Positions 16,588 to 25,796 of a stretch of DNA of 64,000 nt are shown here, piece after piece. This DNA comes from Candidatus Gastranaerophilales bacterium (GTDB lineage Bacteria; Cyanobacteriota; Vampirovibrionia; Gastranaerophilales; Gastranaerophilaceae). The stretch lies in the NCBI GenBank assembly GCA_944323535.1, contig CALUSW010000001.1, positions 7,300 through 71,299 of the forward strand, given 5' to 3'. Below the pieces are notes generated by a model. It was not told where the DNA came from. It saw nothing but the letters and a program-made list of their open reading frames with translations, and ran no database searches. A program made the position numbers and the translations under genes. The number at the start of each line of letters is the position of its first letter. The first letter of the stretch is position 1.

Positions 16588-16968
16588 ATGAGTAACATTA
16601 ATCCAATTAAATTCGGAGTTTCGGGAAATCAGTATTTCAAACAAGAAACGCAGGAAAATTTAAAAAATGATACTGCAAAAGAACAAAAAGCAGGTGAAAG
16701 GCAAAATAAGCAGCTTCAATCAGGAGAAGTTTTAGGCTTTATGGCTGCACAAAATGCAGATATAATTCCGGTTAAAAGCCAGAAAACATTAGAAGTTTCA
16801 AAATATGTAAATAAAGAACAGGAAGCAAGAATAGCAGAATTTATGAAAGGCTTTGAGGCTGATTATGAAGAAGCATTTAATATAGCCTCAAATGAATTTC
16901 CTGAAATATCGGAGCAGGCAGCCGGCGATTTAGCTCTGGCATATATTAATTCTTCATACAGCGTATAA
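16588..16968 (+). CDS. Hypothetical acidic protein (126 aa), monocistronic
   Basis: Strong RBS AAGGAGGA 8 nt upstream and a strong terminator downstream. No family recognised. Confidence 0.6.
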   Translation: MSNINPIKFGVSGNQYFKQETQENLKNDTAKEQKAGERQNKQLQSGEVLGFMAAQNADIIPVKSQKTLEVSKYVNKEQEARIAEFMKGFEADYEEAFNIASNEFPEISEQAAGDLALAYINSSYSV

Positions 16969-17001
16969 GTTAAAATCCTAATTATTGTTTGTTATTTTCA
17001 C

Positions 17002-17028
17002 AAGACCGCAATAGCGGTCTTTATTTTA
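17002..17028 (+). terminator. Intrinsic terminator
   Basis: AAGACCGC (17002-17009) / GCGGTCTT (17014-17021) followed by a T-run. Confidence 0.75.
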
Positions 17029-17069
17029 TGTTATAATATTTTCAAATAACACAAAAAGGAGGTTAAAAA

Positions 17070-17918
17070 GTGGGTTATAAAATACTGGACAAAATTGAAC
17101 TATGCCCGAACCAATATGAACTAAAAATAAAAGCGCCTTTTGTAACAAGAAATGCACAGGCAGGACAATTTATTATATTTAGAGTTGAAGAAAACGGAGA
17201 AAGAGTGCCGATTACTATTGCTGATGTTGACAGAGAACACGGTATTTTAACCGTTGTTTTCATGGCTGTCGGATACTCTACAAAAAAGCTTGCAATGCTC
17301 AATATCGGTGATGAAATTCTTGATGTGGTAGGTCCTTTAGGCAAACCCACAGAGATTGAAAAATACGGCACCGTTGTTTGTGTTGCCGGCGGCTATGGGG
17401 CAGCTCCGTGTTATTTGATTTCCAAAGCTTTTCATGATGCAGGCAATAAAGTCCATATGATTATGGGAGCCAGAAATAAGGATTTATTATTCTGGCAGGA
17501 TAAAATGGCAAAAGCTTGTGATGAACTTCATATCGCAACTGATGACGGAACTTTGGGACATAAAGGTTTTGTTACCGAAGTATTAGCTGAAATTATGGAT
17601 AAAGAAAAAGTTGATTATGTTATTGCTGTCGGTCCTATGCCTATGATGAGAGCAGTTGCAAATTTGACAAAGGATAAAGGTATTAAGACAGAAGCAAGTA
17701 TGAATCCTATTATGATAGACGGTACAGGAATGTGCGGAGCCTGCAGAATTACTGTTGGCGGCGAAGTAAAATTCGCCTGTATTGACGGCCCGGATTTTGA
17801 TGCCCATAAAATTGATTTTGATGAAGTTATTAACAGAACTAAGATTTATAAAGATGAAGAAAGAAGAAGAAGTGAAAGCTGTAATCTTTTAAAACAGGCG
17901 GATAAAGTTTTGAAATAA
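17070..17918 (+). CDS. Sulfide/dihydroorotate dehydrogenase-like FAD/NAD-binding protein (NfnA / PyrK-like electron-transfer subunit)
   Basis: GTG start 7 nt after AAAGGAGG. FAD/NAD domains (GQFIIFRV, RVPITIADVD, GPLGKP, AGGYGAAP) and a C-terminal 2Fe-2S motif (CGACRITVGG..KFACIDGP). Confidence 0.8.
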   Translation: MGYKILDKIELCPNQYELKIKAPFVTRNAQAGQFIIFRVEENGERVPITIADVDREHGILTVVFMAVGYSTKKLAMLNIGDEILDVVGPLGKPTEIEKYGTVVCVAGGYGAAPCYLISKAFHDAGNKVHMIMGARNKDLLFWQDKMAKACDELHIATDDGTLGHKGFVTEVLAEIMDKEKVDYVIAVGPMPMMRAVANLTKDKGIKTEASMNPIMIDGTGMCGACRITVGGEVKFACIDGPDFDAHKIDFDEVINRTKIYKDEERRRSESCNLLKQADKVLK

Positions 17919-17930
17919 AAGGAGAATATT

Positions 17931-18110
17931 TTGAGCAATAAAATACCAATTTGCCCTCTGATGAGCGCAGGAAATGAAATTCATATAGTATGTGCACAGG
18001 AAAATTGTGCCTGGTATATGAAAAATTATAAAACTTGTTCGGTTTATATACTTGCCCATAATGCCGTTCTTGATATAAAAGAAAAACAACAGGAAAAGAA
18101 AACACCTTAA
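17931..18110 (+). CDS. Small Cys-containing protein (59 aa), TTG start, not in the ORF track
   Basis: AGGAG lies 7 nt upstream of TTG 17931. Translation SNKIPICPLMSAGNEIHIVCAQENCAWYMKNYKTCSVYILAHNAVLDIKEKQQEKKTP. The terminator overlaps the stop codon (hairpin from 18098). Confidence 0.5.
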   Translation: MSNKIPICPLMSAGNEIHIVCAQENCAWYMKNYKTCSVYILAHNAVLDIKEKQQEKKTP

Positions 18111-18130
18111 AAAAGGTGTTTTCTTTTTTT
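18098..18130. terminator. Bidirectional intrinsic terminator
   Basis: GAAAACACCTT / AAGGTGTTTTC hairpin followed by a T-run; lies between convergent genes. Confidence 0.75.
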
Positions 18131-18154
18131 ATATTTGACAATTTAAGCACAAAT

Positions 18155-19174
18155 TTACGACTTCCGGGAACTGCTCCAGGCTCTATGCTCCAGTTCTTTT
18201 ATTTCTTTTAAAGCTTCCGGAAGAATTTGTTCAAAATTTTCAACAACAATCGGATCAAACTGTTTTCCGGCCAATGATTTAATATGATTTAATGCTTCAA
18301 CCGGAGAAACCTGCTGTCTGTATATTTTAGGAGTAATCATACTGTCAAAAGCATCAGCTACGGCAATTATTCTTGATCCTATAGGAATTTCTTCTCCCTT
18401 TTTTCCGTATGGATATCCGTTGCCGTCATAAAATTCATGGTGATATTTTATGATTTCAACAACGTCTTTTAGTTGTTTTATATCATCAAGTATTTTTACA
18501 CTATGATGGACATGCTGTTTTATTTCGTTGTATTCTTCTTGTGATAATTTTTCCACTTTTGACAGAATATCATCAGAAACACCTATCATTCCTATATCAT
18601 GAAGCAGTCCTGCAAGCTCAATCTTGCCGGTTGTTGTATCACTTAAATGCAATGCTTTTGCTATTTTAACGGCATAAAATGTTACTCTTCTGCTCCTGCC
18701 AAGAGTATAGGAGTCTTTTGCATCCAATGCTTCAACTATTGCAGTTATAGTTCCTGCAAAAAGTTCTTTTAAATCATTTATTAATGCTCCGTTATCTTGT
18801 TTTAGCTGCCAGTATTCCAATGCATTTTCTACAATAAGTAATAATTCATCAGGATTATAAGGTTTTTTTATGTACCTGTATATTTTCGCATAGTTGATTG
18901 CATCTATTAAAATACCTGCATCGGAATAAGCCGTAACCAATAGTCTCATTGTGTCAGGTGCTATTTCAAAGCAGCGTTTTAAAAATTCAACACCATCCAT
19001 TTCCGGCATTTTGTGATCGGACAATATACATTGAAATTTTTCCTGTTTAATCATCTCAAGCGCCATTAAAGGGGAAGTGGATTTTGCTATATCATATTTG
19101 CCTCTGAGAGTACGGTATAATAAAGCCAGATTATCCGGTTCATCATCAACAATTAATATTTTATATTTGTCCAT
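18155..19174 (-). CDS. Response regulator with HD-GYP c-di-GMP phosphodiesterase domain (RpfG family)
   Basis: REC domain (ILIVDDEPDN...SDHKMPEMDG) plus HD-GYP (LLHDIGM, HHEFYDGNGYPYG). Start taken at MDKYKIL (19174), which overlaps the kinase stop. Confidence 0.9.
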   Translation of the reverse strand: MDKYKILIVDDEPDNLALLYRTLRGKYDIAKSTSPLMALEMIKQEKFQCILSDHKMPEMDGVEFLKRCFEIAPDTMRLLVTAYSDAGILIDAINYAKIYRYIKKPYNPDELLLIVENALEYWQLKQDNGALINDLKELFAGTITAIVEALDAKDSYTLGRSRRVTFYAVKIAKALHLSDTTTGKIELAGLLHDIGMIGVSDDILSKVEKLSQEEYNEIKQHVHHSVKILDDIKQLKDVVEIIKYHHEFYDGNGYPYGKKGEEIPIGSRIIAVADAFDSMITPKIYRQQVSPVEALNHIKSLAGKQFDPIVVENFEQILPEALKEIKELEHRAWSSSRKS

Positions 19175-20876
19175 TAGTTCCTCCGCTAAGCATACTTGCA
19201 TTTAAATTTTCTCTGTCAATATTTATCGGAAGGGTAATAATAAATTTAGTACCCATTCCTTGACGGGATTCAACATTTATATCTCCCTGATGATTCTTAA
19301 TAATTTTATATGTAATAGAAAGCCCGAGCCCTGTTCCCTGTCCTACAGGCTTTGTTGTAAAGAACGGATTAAACACCTTTCGTGTTGTTTCTTCATCCAT
19401 TCCAATTCCGTTATCTTCTATCTCAATAATTAAATTTTTATGTTCTTTATCTGTATTAATTCTTATCCAGATATCGCCATGATCTTTAATTGCACCTACT
19501 GCATTGTCAATAATATTCATGAATACTTGATTTAGTTGACCGCCGAAGGCTTCAATTCTTGGTACATTTTCCATATATTCTTTATGTACCTCTGCTTTAT
19601 TTTTAATTTTGTTATGAAGTATGTTTAAAGTGGTATCTATTTCATGCGGAATATCTACATCAGTTATTGCCACTTCTTCCATTCTGGAGAAGCTCTTTAA
19701 ATCCTGAATAATATTTTTAGCTCTGTCTGCTCCTTCTTTACAGCTCTTGATTAAATCCGGCAAATCTGATTTTAAAAATTCATAATCGATATCTTTTTTT
19801 AATTTGTCAATATCTTCTTTTTCTTCAGGTTTTAATGAAACGTCATATTTTGTATATTCTTCTATAATTTGTATTAAATCATTGGAATAATTGCTTAAAT
19901 GTGTCATATTTCCGTAAATAAAATTAATCGGATTATTAATTTCATGCATAATACCGGCAACAAGCTCACCCAGTGATTTCATTTTTTCCGAATGCACCAT
20001 CATCGCCTGTGTATTTTGAAGCTCTGCATAAGCATTTTTTAATTCTTTTGTTCTATCCTGAACCTGTGCTTCAAGAGTTGAGTATAATCTTTGAAGAGCA
20101 TTTACCATCATATTATATGATTGTACAAGCTGATTAATCTCATAATATTTTGTATATTCAAGCCTGCCTGATAAATCTCCTTTTGATATTCTGGATATTG
20201 TTTCTTCCATTGTAGATAAAGGCTTTGATATACTTCTTGCCAGCATAAAAGCAATTATTATACTTATTAAAAGAATCATACTAAAGAATATTTTTACAAA
20301 TTGTGTTATGTCGTTAAGGTACTTATTATTGCTTTGTGATACTATATCAGATGATACAACAAGATATATATTGTAATAGCCTTTATCTTCGACTTTATCT
20401 AAGGGAAAATATTCTTTTTTTATATATAAACTTCTAAAATTTCCGGGATCGCGATATTTAACAGAAGGTTTTAGCTGAAAAGAAGAAGGATCATCTTTTA
20501 TCCTGTAATGATAATTTACATCTCCCGTTTTATATACTTCTTGATTCTGCTGATTTGTAACAACAATATCGGCAATTTTATATTGTACTGGAAGTATTTC
20601 ATTCAGCTTGTTTTGTATAGCGGGAATCCTTACGGATAAAGCATCTTTTCCTTCCGGCAAGTGATTAAAGTAGGCTAAACTGCCTATTATATCGGTAGGA
20701 AGTTTAATCTGAATACCTTTAATCGAATCTCTTGAATATATGAACATTACCAGTTCAACAATACTGACCAATATAATTATAACAATCATTATGCTCAGAT
20801 TAATTGTATTATTAAACTTAAATAATGATGATTTTGGCTGAACAATTTTCTTTTTTGCGGATGTTTTCTTTTTCAC
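19161..20876 (-). CDS. Sensor histidine kinase (TM-periplasmic-TM, HAMP, HisKA, HATPase_c)
   Basis: Two hydrophobic segments, a HAMP-like region (RSISKPLSTMEETISRISKGDL), H-box GIMHEINNPIN, N/G boxes (NIIDNAVGA, DNGIGM, GTGLGLS). Confidence 0.9.
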   Translation of the reverse strand: MKKKTSAKKKIVQPKSSLFKFNNTINLSIMIVIIILVSIVELVMFIYSRDSIKGIQIKLPTDIIGSLAYFNHLPEGKDALSVRIPAIQNKLNEILPVQYKIADIVVTNQQNQEVYKTGDVNYHYRIKDDPSSFQLKPSVKYRDPGNFRSLYIKKEYFPLDKVEDKGYYNIYLVVSSDIVSQSNNKYLNDITQFVKIFFSMILLISIIIAFMLARSISKPLSTMEETISRISKGDLSGRLEYTKYYEINQLVQSYNMMVNALQRLYSTLEAQVQDRTKELKNAYAELQNTQAMMVHSEKMKSLGELVAGIMHEINNPINFIYGNMTHLSNYSNDLIQIIEEYTKYDVSLKPEEKEDIDKLKKDIDYEFLKSDLPDLIKSCKEGADRAKNIIQDLKSFSRMEEVAITDVDIPHEIDTTLNILHNKIKNKAEVHKEYMENVPRIEAFGGQLNQVFMNIIDNAVGAIKDHGDIWIRINTDKEHKNLIIEIEDNGIGMDEETTRKVFNPFFTTKPVGQGTGLGLSITYKIIKNHQGDINVESRQGMGTKFIITLPINIDRENLNASMLSGGTNGQI

Positions 20877-20946
20877 AACAATCTTCCTGACGTATTTTAA
20901 TAGTTAACTACAAATATTTAACAATATTTTTATGGGATTTACAAGT

Positions 20947-21531
20947 TTATTTATTACTGTTTTCAATTTGTTTTCTGAAACAATATTGAACAAGAGAAAT
21001 TCTGTCAAAACTGGATATATCTTTAAATCTTCCGGAAGAAATAAAAGTATTGTCATTTGTTTCTGTTCTTATGGGTTCAAAATTAACGCAAATTGGTTTA
21101 TTTTCAATATTTATATTAATTTCATAATTTTTCAATAACTGTAATTGTTCTTTTGTAATTATTTTAAGCCCTCCGGCGCTAATATCAATGATTTTTGCCG
21201 GTATTTCTTTATCTTTTGTAAGTTTTAGAATTATATTCCGTTCTAAATTAATACGTGAGAATTCTCTTCTTTGCAGATATTTGTATGATATCGGGAACCA
21301 GATAGAAATAATATTTTCTTTAACTTCCTTGACAATTGTTTCAAAATAAAGCTGCCCGTTAGGTGTCATAGTAAATAATTCTACGGATTCTTCCTCTTCA
21401 TATTTATTTTTCGCCGCTAGTTCCACTTTAAAACAATCTTCAAGAACTTCCGTAACTTTGCATTTAGAAGCGTTATCAATACTTCTGGAAAGTATATAGA
21501 ATTCTTTATTTTTATATATTTGATTTCTCAT
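20947..21531 (-). CDS. PilZ domain protein (YcgR-like architecture)
   Basis: Canonical c-di-GMP binding motifs RREFSR (RRxxxR) and DISAGGLKI (D/NxSxxG). Confidence 0.8.
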   Translation of the reverse strand: MRNQIYKNKEFYILSRSIDNASKCKVTEVLEDCFKVELAAKNKYEEEESVELFTMTPNGQLYFETIVKEVKENIISIWFPISYKYLQRREFSRINLERNIILKLTKDKEIPAKIIDISAGGLKIITKEQLQLLKNYEININIENKPICVNFEPIRTETNDNTFISSGRFKDISSFDRISLVQYCFRKQIENSNK

Positions 21532-21566
21532 AATAATCCGTTCTTATAACAACTGTATATGATTTT

Positions 21567-24179
21567 TTATAATTTTTCAATAGATTTTTGAGGCCCTACA
21601 ACCGTAAATACATATGGCTGCGAGAAATATTTATTAGCCGTTTTTATAATATCCTGTACTGTTACGGCATTTATCAGTTCAGGAAATCTGTCTAAAAATG
21701 TATAATTTCTCCCGCTTATTTCAAGGCCGTTCATAACGGAGGCTTTATCCATATTTGTTTCCATAGATAAAATAAAATTTCCTAACAGTTTATCTTTTGC
21801 TTCCGAAAGTTCTTTATCTGTTACAAATTCTTTTTTTAATTTATTTATTTCTTTAAATAAACCTTCTTTTGCGGTTAAAGCAGTATCTGGATTTGTTGCT
21901 ATATAAAGTGCAAACACACCTTTATTAACATTAGCGGAGAAACTTGAACCTACCTGATAAGCAAGCCCTTGTTCATCCCTTAATTGAGTAAATAATCTTG
22001 AGCTCATTCCGGAGCCTAAAATAGAATTAATAACCTGAAGAGATGCCCAATCTTTTTCATTAACAGCGCCATCCGTCAGCCAGCCGACTAATAGCCAGGA
22101 GGCTTGCGAATCTTTATCAACTTTAACAATTTTATTCGTAGTCAGCGGTTTAAATACTGATTTATAATCCGAAAGTTTTATTTTTGCTTTATTGGAGTTT
22201 TTCAGTAAATTTGAGAAATAATTAATAAATTCACGGTCATCGATATTTCCGTTAATTGTAATAACCGTATTTTCAGCCGGAAACAGGTTTTTATAAAATT
22301 CTGAAATATCTTCTCTTTGTATTTTGGGAAGAGTATTTTGTAAAACTTTACCGGTATTTCCATACGGGGTATCTTTCCAAAGGGCGGTTTTAAATTCGTC
22401 AAATGCAACAGAATCCGGAGTATTCTTTCTGTTTTTTATTAAGTACATTTTATCAGCTTTAACTCTTTCAATATCAAAAGAATCCAAAGTTGCATTGTTA
22501 ACTGTTTCCTCAAGAATATTTAAAGCTAAATCTTTTTCATTCTTTGTAAATTTCATTGCAATATTAAAAGAATCTCCTCCTGCAGAAGGTGCAAGCCTTA
22601 TTCCGTTTTCTTCAAGTAATTGTGACAGCTCCTGGTTTCTGTATTTTTTTGTGCCTTTCATTATGGTTTCTGCAGTTACAGAGGCAATGCCGGGGATTTT
22701 TTCAAGATTATTTCCGCCTCTTGAAGCCATTTCAAGGGCTATAATATCATTTGCTGTATTTTTTGTTATAACTAATACTGCCCCGTTTTCAAGTTCATAT
22801 TTTGTCGTATCTTTATATTTCCCTATTATTTTTGCCTGATAATCTTTATTTTCTTTGGGCTTTAATTCCGGTTTGTTTTCTTTTGAAGGAAGAATTACCG
22901 ATATAACGGCAGATTCCGGATTTAAGTATTCTTTTGCAACTCTTTTTAAATCGTCGGCAGTAACTTTATTTATATTATCAAGATAATTTTTATAATATGA
23001 CGTATCATTAGTCAGAGTTGCCGTATAGCCTATAGAACCTGCAATATTTGATACTGATTCTCTTGAATAGAAAGTATCGCGCTCAATTATATTTTTTGCT
23101 TTTTGAATTTCTTCTTCAGTAATTTCATTTTTATATAGTTTTTCTACCTCGTCAAAAATAGCTGTTTTTAATCTTGGTATATCTTCAGTAATATAGTTAG
23201 CCGAAATATAGAAAATTGAATCATCTCTCATTGAAGAGTGATAAGCGGATATTGAATGTACAAGCTGTTTTTGTTCTTTTATATTTTTGTATAATCTTGA
23301 AGATTTGCCGTCTCCCAGTATGGTAGATAAAACATCAAGGGCATATGAATCTTTATTTGTAATCGGGTGACAGCCTTTAAAGCCTATTAAAATGTAGCCT
23401 GTTTCTACATTCATTTCTTCTTTATTTTCTGTTTGAACCGAGGGTCTTTTATCTAACTTGTACTTATGTTCCTGTTTTTTTGCATTCAAATCTGCCGGTT
23501 TATTAAATTTTGTTTTTACAAGTTCAAGCGCCTTTTGGGTATCAATATCTCCTATAATTACAGTAGTCATATTTTGAGGAGTATACCAGTTGTTATAGAA
23601 ATCCAGAATTTGTTCACGTGAAATCGTTTCTATTACCTCTTTTGTTCCTATAACATCTCTTTTGTAAGGGTGCGCTGTATAAAAGCCTTTAATCATATTT
23701 CTGTAAAGAACCGTTGTTGGTTTATCGTTATTTTTAGATATTTCTTCTATTACAACTTTTCTTTCTTTTTCAAGTTCTTTTCTTGGTATCAAAGGATTTA
23801 AAAGCATATCGGAATGCAAATCCAATGCAAGTTCAAAATATTGAGAGGGTATTAAAATATAATAATGGGTAAAGTCCTTACTTGTTGCGGCATTAGTAAC
23901 AGCCCCTTTAGATTCCAGTATCCTGTCAAATTCTTTTGCCGGATGTTTTGATGTTCCTTTAAAAAATAAATGTTCAAGAAAATGGGCAACGCCGTTATTT
24001 TCATCCGTTTCATTAATTGAACCGGTTTTTATCCAGGTATCTATAATTACGATAGGATTATCATGAACTTCCTGTATAACAACTGTCTGTCCGTTATCAA
24101 GCTTAAAGGTATTATAATCTGCAGCATAGGCAATAACACCTATAAAAATAATTACTATTGAAAGAAAGACTTTTTTCAT
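21567..24179 (-). CDS. Secreted two-unit M16 (pitrilysin/insulinase) family zinc peptidase
   Basis: N-terminal signal peptide, inverted zinc motif HFLEHLFFKG (HxxEH), 870 aa with a duplicated M16 / M16_C organisation. Confidence 0.9.
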   Translation of the reverse strand: MKKVFLSIVIIFIGVIAYAADYNTFKLDNGQTVVIQEVHDNPIVIIDTWIKTGSINETDENNGVAHFLEHLFFKGTSKHPAKEFDRILESKGAVTNAATSKDFTHYYILIPSQYFELALDLHSDMLLNPLIPRKELEKERKVVIEEISKNNDKPTTVLYRNMIKGFYTAHPYKRDVIGTKEVIETISREQILDFYNNWYTPQNMTTVIIGDIDTQKALELVKTKFNKPADLNAKKQEHKYKLDKRPSVQTENKEEMNVETGYILIGFKGCHPITNKDSYALDVLSTILGDGKSSRLYKNIKEQKQLVHSISAYHSSMRDDSIFYISANYITEDIPRLKTAIFDEVEKLYKNEITEEEIQKAKNIIERDTFYSRESVSNIAGSIGYTATLTNDTSYYKNYLDNINKVTADDLKRVAKEYLNPESAVISVILPSKENKPELKPKENKDYQAKIIGKYKDTTKYELENGAVLVITKNTANDIIALEMASRGGNNLEKIPGIASVTAETIMKGTKKYRNQELSQLLEENGIRLAPSAGGDSFNIAMKFTKNEKDLALNILEETVNNATLDSFDIERVKADKMYLIKNRKNTPDSVAFDEFKTALWKDTPYGNTGKVLQNTLPKIQREDISEFYKNLFPAENTVITINGNIDDREFINYFSNLLKNSNKAKIKLSDYKSVFKPLTTNKIVKVDKDSQASWLLVGWLTDGAVNEKDWASLQVINSILGSGMSSRLFTQLRDEQGLAYQVGSSFSANVNKGVFALYIATNPDTALTAKEGLFKEINKLKKEFVTDKELSEAKDKLLGNFILSMETNMDKASVMNGLEISGRNYTFLDRFPELINAVTVQDIIKTANKYFSQPYVFTVVGPQKSIEKL

Positions 24180-24278
24180 TCTATATCCTCAATTTTATAT
24201 CCCCAATAATAGAATATTATACACTAAATTTTATAGAAAATATTTTATCAATATGTACAATTCAATTGAGATAAACAA

Positions 24279-25715
24279 TTATTTAACCGGTAAAATAATA
24301 TATAAGAAATTCATAAATAATGTTACGAATCTTCTTGGACCTGCAAATGATATTAAGCTCAATCCGTAACGCCATATAACAGAAGGTCTTAAATAAAATC
24401 TTTTATAAAATTCTTTTTGTTTTATCAAAACTTCTTTTGCGGATATACCTTCAGGCTCAACTATTGATAACCAGGAGTTAAATTTATTGTAATCAAGTTC
24501 TTTTATTTTATCTTGCGGTATAAGTGTTCTAAACTGTTCAGACCCCGGCATTGGTGTTGAAACAGTAACAACAACATCGGAGAATGGAACTTTTAGTGCA
24601 AATTCTATTGTTTTATTAATTGATTCAACAGTGTCTGTCGGATGTCCTACAATAAAATGACCTTTTGTTTTTATTCCGAGTTTATGGCACCATGTAATTG
24701 CCTGTTCTGCCATATCGAGCGAAATTTCTTTTTTTATGTCTTTTAATACACGTTCATCACCGGATTCTATTCCGAATGCAATATGCCAGCATCCGTTTTG
24801 TTTAAGAAATTTAAGAAATTCATAATTGACGTTGTCTACCCTTGAAAAGCAAGACCAGCTAAATTTCAGCTTTTCTTGTTTACATAGTTCGAATAATTTA
24901 TAGATTCTTCTTTTATCTATCAGGAAAGTATCATCATTAAAATGAATTTCTCTTATTTTATATTTTTTTATAACCTCTTTAATTTCTTCAAAAATATTCT
25001 GAGCGGATCTTTCTCTGTAAGTTCTGTTAAATACTGCATTGGAACAAAATGTGCATAAACCCGGACAGCCTCTTGATGTTATTATGTTTGTTACGGGAAG
25101 TGTTTTATAATCGCATAATGTTGGTACATAGCTGTGAATATCTTTAACAAGATGTCTTGCCGGAAAAGGTAATTCATCAAGATTTTTAAAATGCTTTCTC
25201 GGCTTTGTATATATTAATTTCTCACTTTTTCTATATACAATACCGTCCACTTCATCTATATTGCCTTTATTTTCAAGACATTTAAGAAGTTCATAGGTTG
25301 TAATTTCACCTTCACCTATAATCCCGTAATCAAAACAATCGAAAGACATAGCATGTTCAGGAAGTGCCGAAACATGCGCTCCGCCCAGCATTATTGGAAT
25401 ATGGGGAAATTCAAGTTTAAACTTTTTTGCAATCGATAAGGTTCTGCTAAAACAAACAGTTGTTGAAGTCAAAGCAATATAACAATTTAAATCTGTGTCT
25501 ATATATTGTTTTACCTGTTCTATTGTTTCTTCCTCTGTAAGCTGTTGATGTTCGGCATCTATAAATTTAACATCATAGCCGAACTTTTCTAAATAAGCAG
25601 CAATATATAAAACGCCTAAAGGTACCTGCGAACCGCCTGCTGCACCTAAGAATTTTGATGAATATCTTTCAGCTCTGGAAATTGGCGGATAAATAATTAT
25701 ATACCTGCTTTTCAT
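24279..25715 (-). CDS. B12-binding domain radical SAM protein (class B) with hydrophobic C-terminal tail
   Basis: N-terminal Rossmann-like B12-binding region (PLGVLYIAAYL...GGAHVS), CPGLCTFCSN radical-SAM motif, C-terminal LSLISFAGPRRFVTLFMNFLYIILPV. Confidence 0.85.
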   Translation of the reverse strand: MKSRYIIIYPPISRAERYSSKFLGAAGGSQVPLGVLYIAAYLEKFGYDVKFIDAEHQQLTEEETIEQVKQYIDTDLNCYIALTSTTVCFSRTLSIAKKFKLEFPHIPIMLGGAHVSALPEHAMSFDCFDYGIIGEGEITTYELLKCLENKGNIDEVDGIVYRKSEKLIYTKPRKHFKNLDELPFPARHLVKDIHSYVPTLCDYKTLPVTNIITSRGCPGLCTFCSNAVFNRTYRERSAQNIFEEIKEVIKKYKIREIHFNDDTFLIDKRRIYKLFELCKQEKLKFSWSCFSRVDNVNYEFLKFLKQNGCWHIAFGIESGDERVLKDIKKEISLDMAEQAITWCHKLGIKTKGHFIVGHPTDTVESINKTIEFALKVPFSDVVVTVSTPMPGSEQFRTLIPQDKIKELDYNKFNSWLSIVEPEGISAKEVLIKQKEFYKRFYLRPSVIWRYGLSLISFAGPRRFVTLFMNFLYIILPVK

Positions 25716-25796
25716 AATCTTCCCTATATTTTTTGTTTTTATAGAACTCTCTTGTTATGAATATATCACAATCTTTAATAACAATACAAATATATT

